From assembly GCA_028534125.1 (NCBI GenBank), contig CM052817.1, positions 83,454,001-83,518,000 of the forward strand: a stretch of DNA of 64,000 nt. The letters run 5' to 3'. Shown one piece after another: positions 62,298 through 64,000 of the stretch (position 1 is its first letter; every line of letters starts with the position of its first letter). Position numbers and translations under genes: made by a program. The DNA comes from Lama glama (taxonomy: Eukaryota). The notes beneath the pieces were generated by a model. That model saw only the letters and a list, made by a program, of their open reading frames with translations, searched no databases and was not told the DNA's origin.

Positions 62298-63419
62298 CAT
62301 AATTTATATTTAAAACATTTTAATTCCTTTATATATTCCCCTATACATTTAAGTTGTTTACTATTTTTTGCTATTATAAACAACTCTTCAATGAACAATT
62401 TTACATTTACAAATTTGCTTAATTTTTCCATTACTTTCTGAGTATAGATGTCTAGATGTGGTATTGCTAAGTCGATTTGCTAATTTTCAAAATTCCTAAC
62501 TCTTTGGAATCTAATTACTCATTTGACTTTCTGAAAAGTGACTGAGTGTATTCTTTTGACATACCCCCACCCTGTTGGTCAATAAATTCAAGTATTACCC
62601 AAGCTGCATAGTGACAAAAGTATTTAGCCAGGTGTGGACAGAGAAAGAACAAGCCAACTATCCCAAATCCTTTGGGATGTGTGCATAATGGTCTTCTCCC
62701 ACAAGGAAAACAAAACAGAGACACAACAAAAACTCAAAGAAAACTGTGGAAGGCTATAACTTGCTATTCTTTGGTTTCAGCATTTCTGATGATTATTATG
62801 TCATTTGCAAATGATGGTCCAGGTTATTCTGTTCAGATAACACATATTTCTCTTCTCCATTATTGTTAGTCTTTTATGTCTTCCTTCTGAATGTTCTTTA
62901 AAATGTTATCTCTGGAGAAAAGAAAAGAATTAAAAACAAGGAAGAATTTCTGGCAGAACAGTATGGTCTGCACCATTAAATGTGCTCTGTCTTCTGTCTT
63001 TCCTCCAGTTTCTCCCCTAGTTAATAACTCTTTGAAAAAAATGTTAGAATTATTTTCCTTAATCTCTGTGTAGTTTAATTTGGAAAATTCCTAGACCAAC
63101 ATCCAAAATAATTTAGGGCAAGTGAAAAGGGTGAAGCTGACCTTGACCAAAATTCAAGGAATCACTTATGGTTGGTTCGGTTAGAGGACCCGGTGATCTG
63201 AAGTCAGGGCTGTGGCAGCAGGAGCAACTAAGAGGAAAAGGTTTCAACACCCCTTCACCTGCCAGAGTGGTCCAGGACTTGCTGGTCAGAGTAGGAGGGT
63301 GGTGTTCAAAGAGTAGGGTGGCATCCTGAAAATGACACCACACTGGGAATATAACAGTTTGGTTTGTAGTTTAATACCCAACTATTCCAACTATCAGCTT
63401 GGAACACATTAGCACTTAG

Positions 63420-63775
63420 CAATAGAGTATAGCAGTCAAAAGCCCAGACTTTGGAGTCAAGCAATGGAAAAAAGGTTTTGTTCCAAAACTCAAGAAGTCT
63501 GGATGCTGGAATTTTTTAGTGTCTAAAAGTAAAATGTTACTCTTCAAAGAGCTTCTGTTTAAAGCAACCTTGCTGCCAGTCAAGAGGAAGATTGCCTCTG
63601 CCTTTGAATCATGGCTCTAAGCTTGTCTAATTACTTACTTCTCTCAGCCTGGATGTCCTCATCTTAAAAATGGGGATAATAATGCCTACCCCACAGGATT
63701 GTTGTGAGAATTAAATGTATACAGCACTCATCACAGTGCTTGACACAGACTGCTAAAGCTTTGTCTATATTATTA
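63420..63775 (+). mobile_element. MIR SINE (split)
   Basis: cagactttggagtca...; ctcatcttaaaaatggggataataatgcctaccccacaggattgttgtgagaattaaatg. Confidence 0.8.
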
Positions 63776-64000
63776 TGAACACATATTCTTTCTAAATCAT
63801 GATTGACTCATCTATGGAATATGATATTTCTTGATGATTCCTACAGTTTCTTCTAACTCAATTCTAATTCAAATATCTTACATTTAAAATACTATGCAAG
63901 CTAAAATCTGCACCTATATTTATGATTTAATCACAGTGCTTTAGATTTTAAAATATATGTTGTTCATCAGCAGAGTTAAATGCATGTCACCGTAACTAAC

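Noticed and set aside
1..64000. CRISPR arrays, operons, rRNA, NUMT or intact retroviral genes
   Set aside because: No repeat-spacer arrays, long ORFs, or mitochondrial, rRNA or gag/pol/env-like sequence recognised; the sequence is ordinary eutherian repeat-rich DNA

Overview
AT-rich, CpG-depleted mammalian genomic DNA, most likely from a camelid (alpaca, llama or camel), judged from three tRNA-derived Vic-1-type SINEs and several young L1 3' ends with clean target-site duplications (TSDs). I find no intact protein-coding gene; the ORF track consists of chance ORFs and degraded L1 ORF2 pieces. By eye, more than half the window is interspersed repeat (L1, L2, MIR, MaLR/ERV LTRs, hAT and Tc2 DNA transposons), often nested. 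Notable signals: (1) a perfect zero-spacer p53-family response element AGACATGTCT-GGGCATGTCT (22422-22441) inside an old solo LTR; (2) a ~350 bp retrocopy of the SSB/La mRNA 3' end inserted antisense into an L1, with no poly(A) and no TSD (57170-57523); (3) a candidate minus-strand non-CpG promoter near 4.4-4.6 kb and a well-formed minus-strand exon at 93-15, suggesting that the window is the 5' flank or early intron of a gene running off the left edge; (4) repeat-free islands with palindromic transcription-factor motifs. I see no evidence for a new multi-gene system. Repeat family names come from recalled consensus sequences, and many boundaries are approximate.
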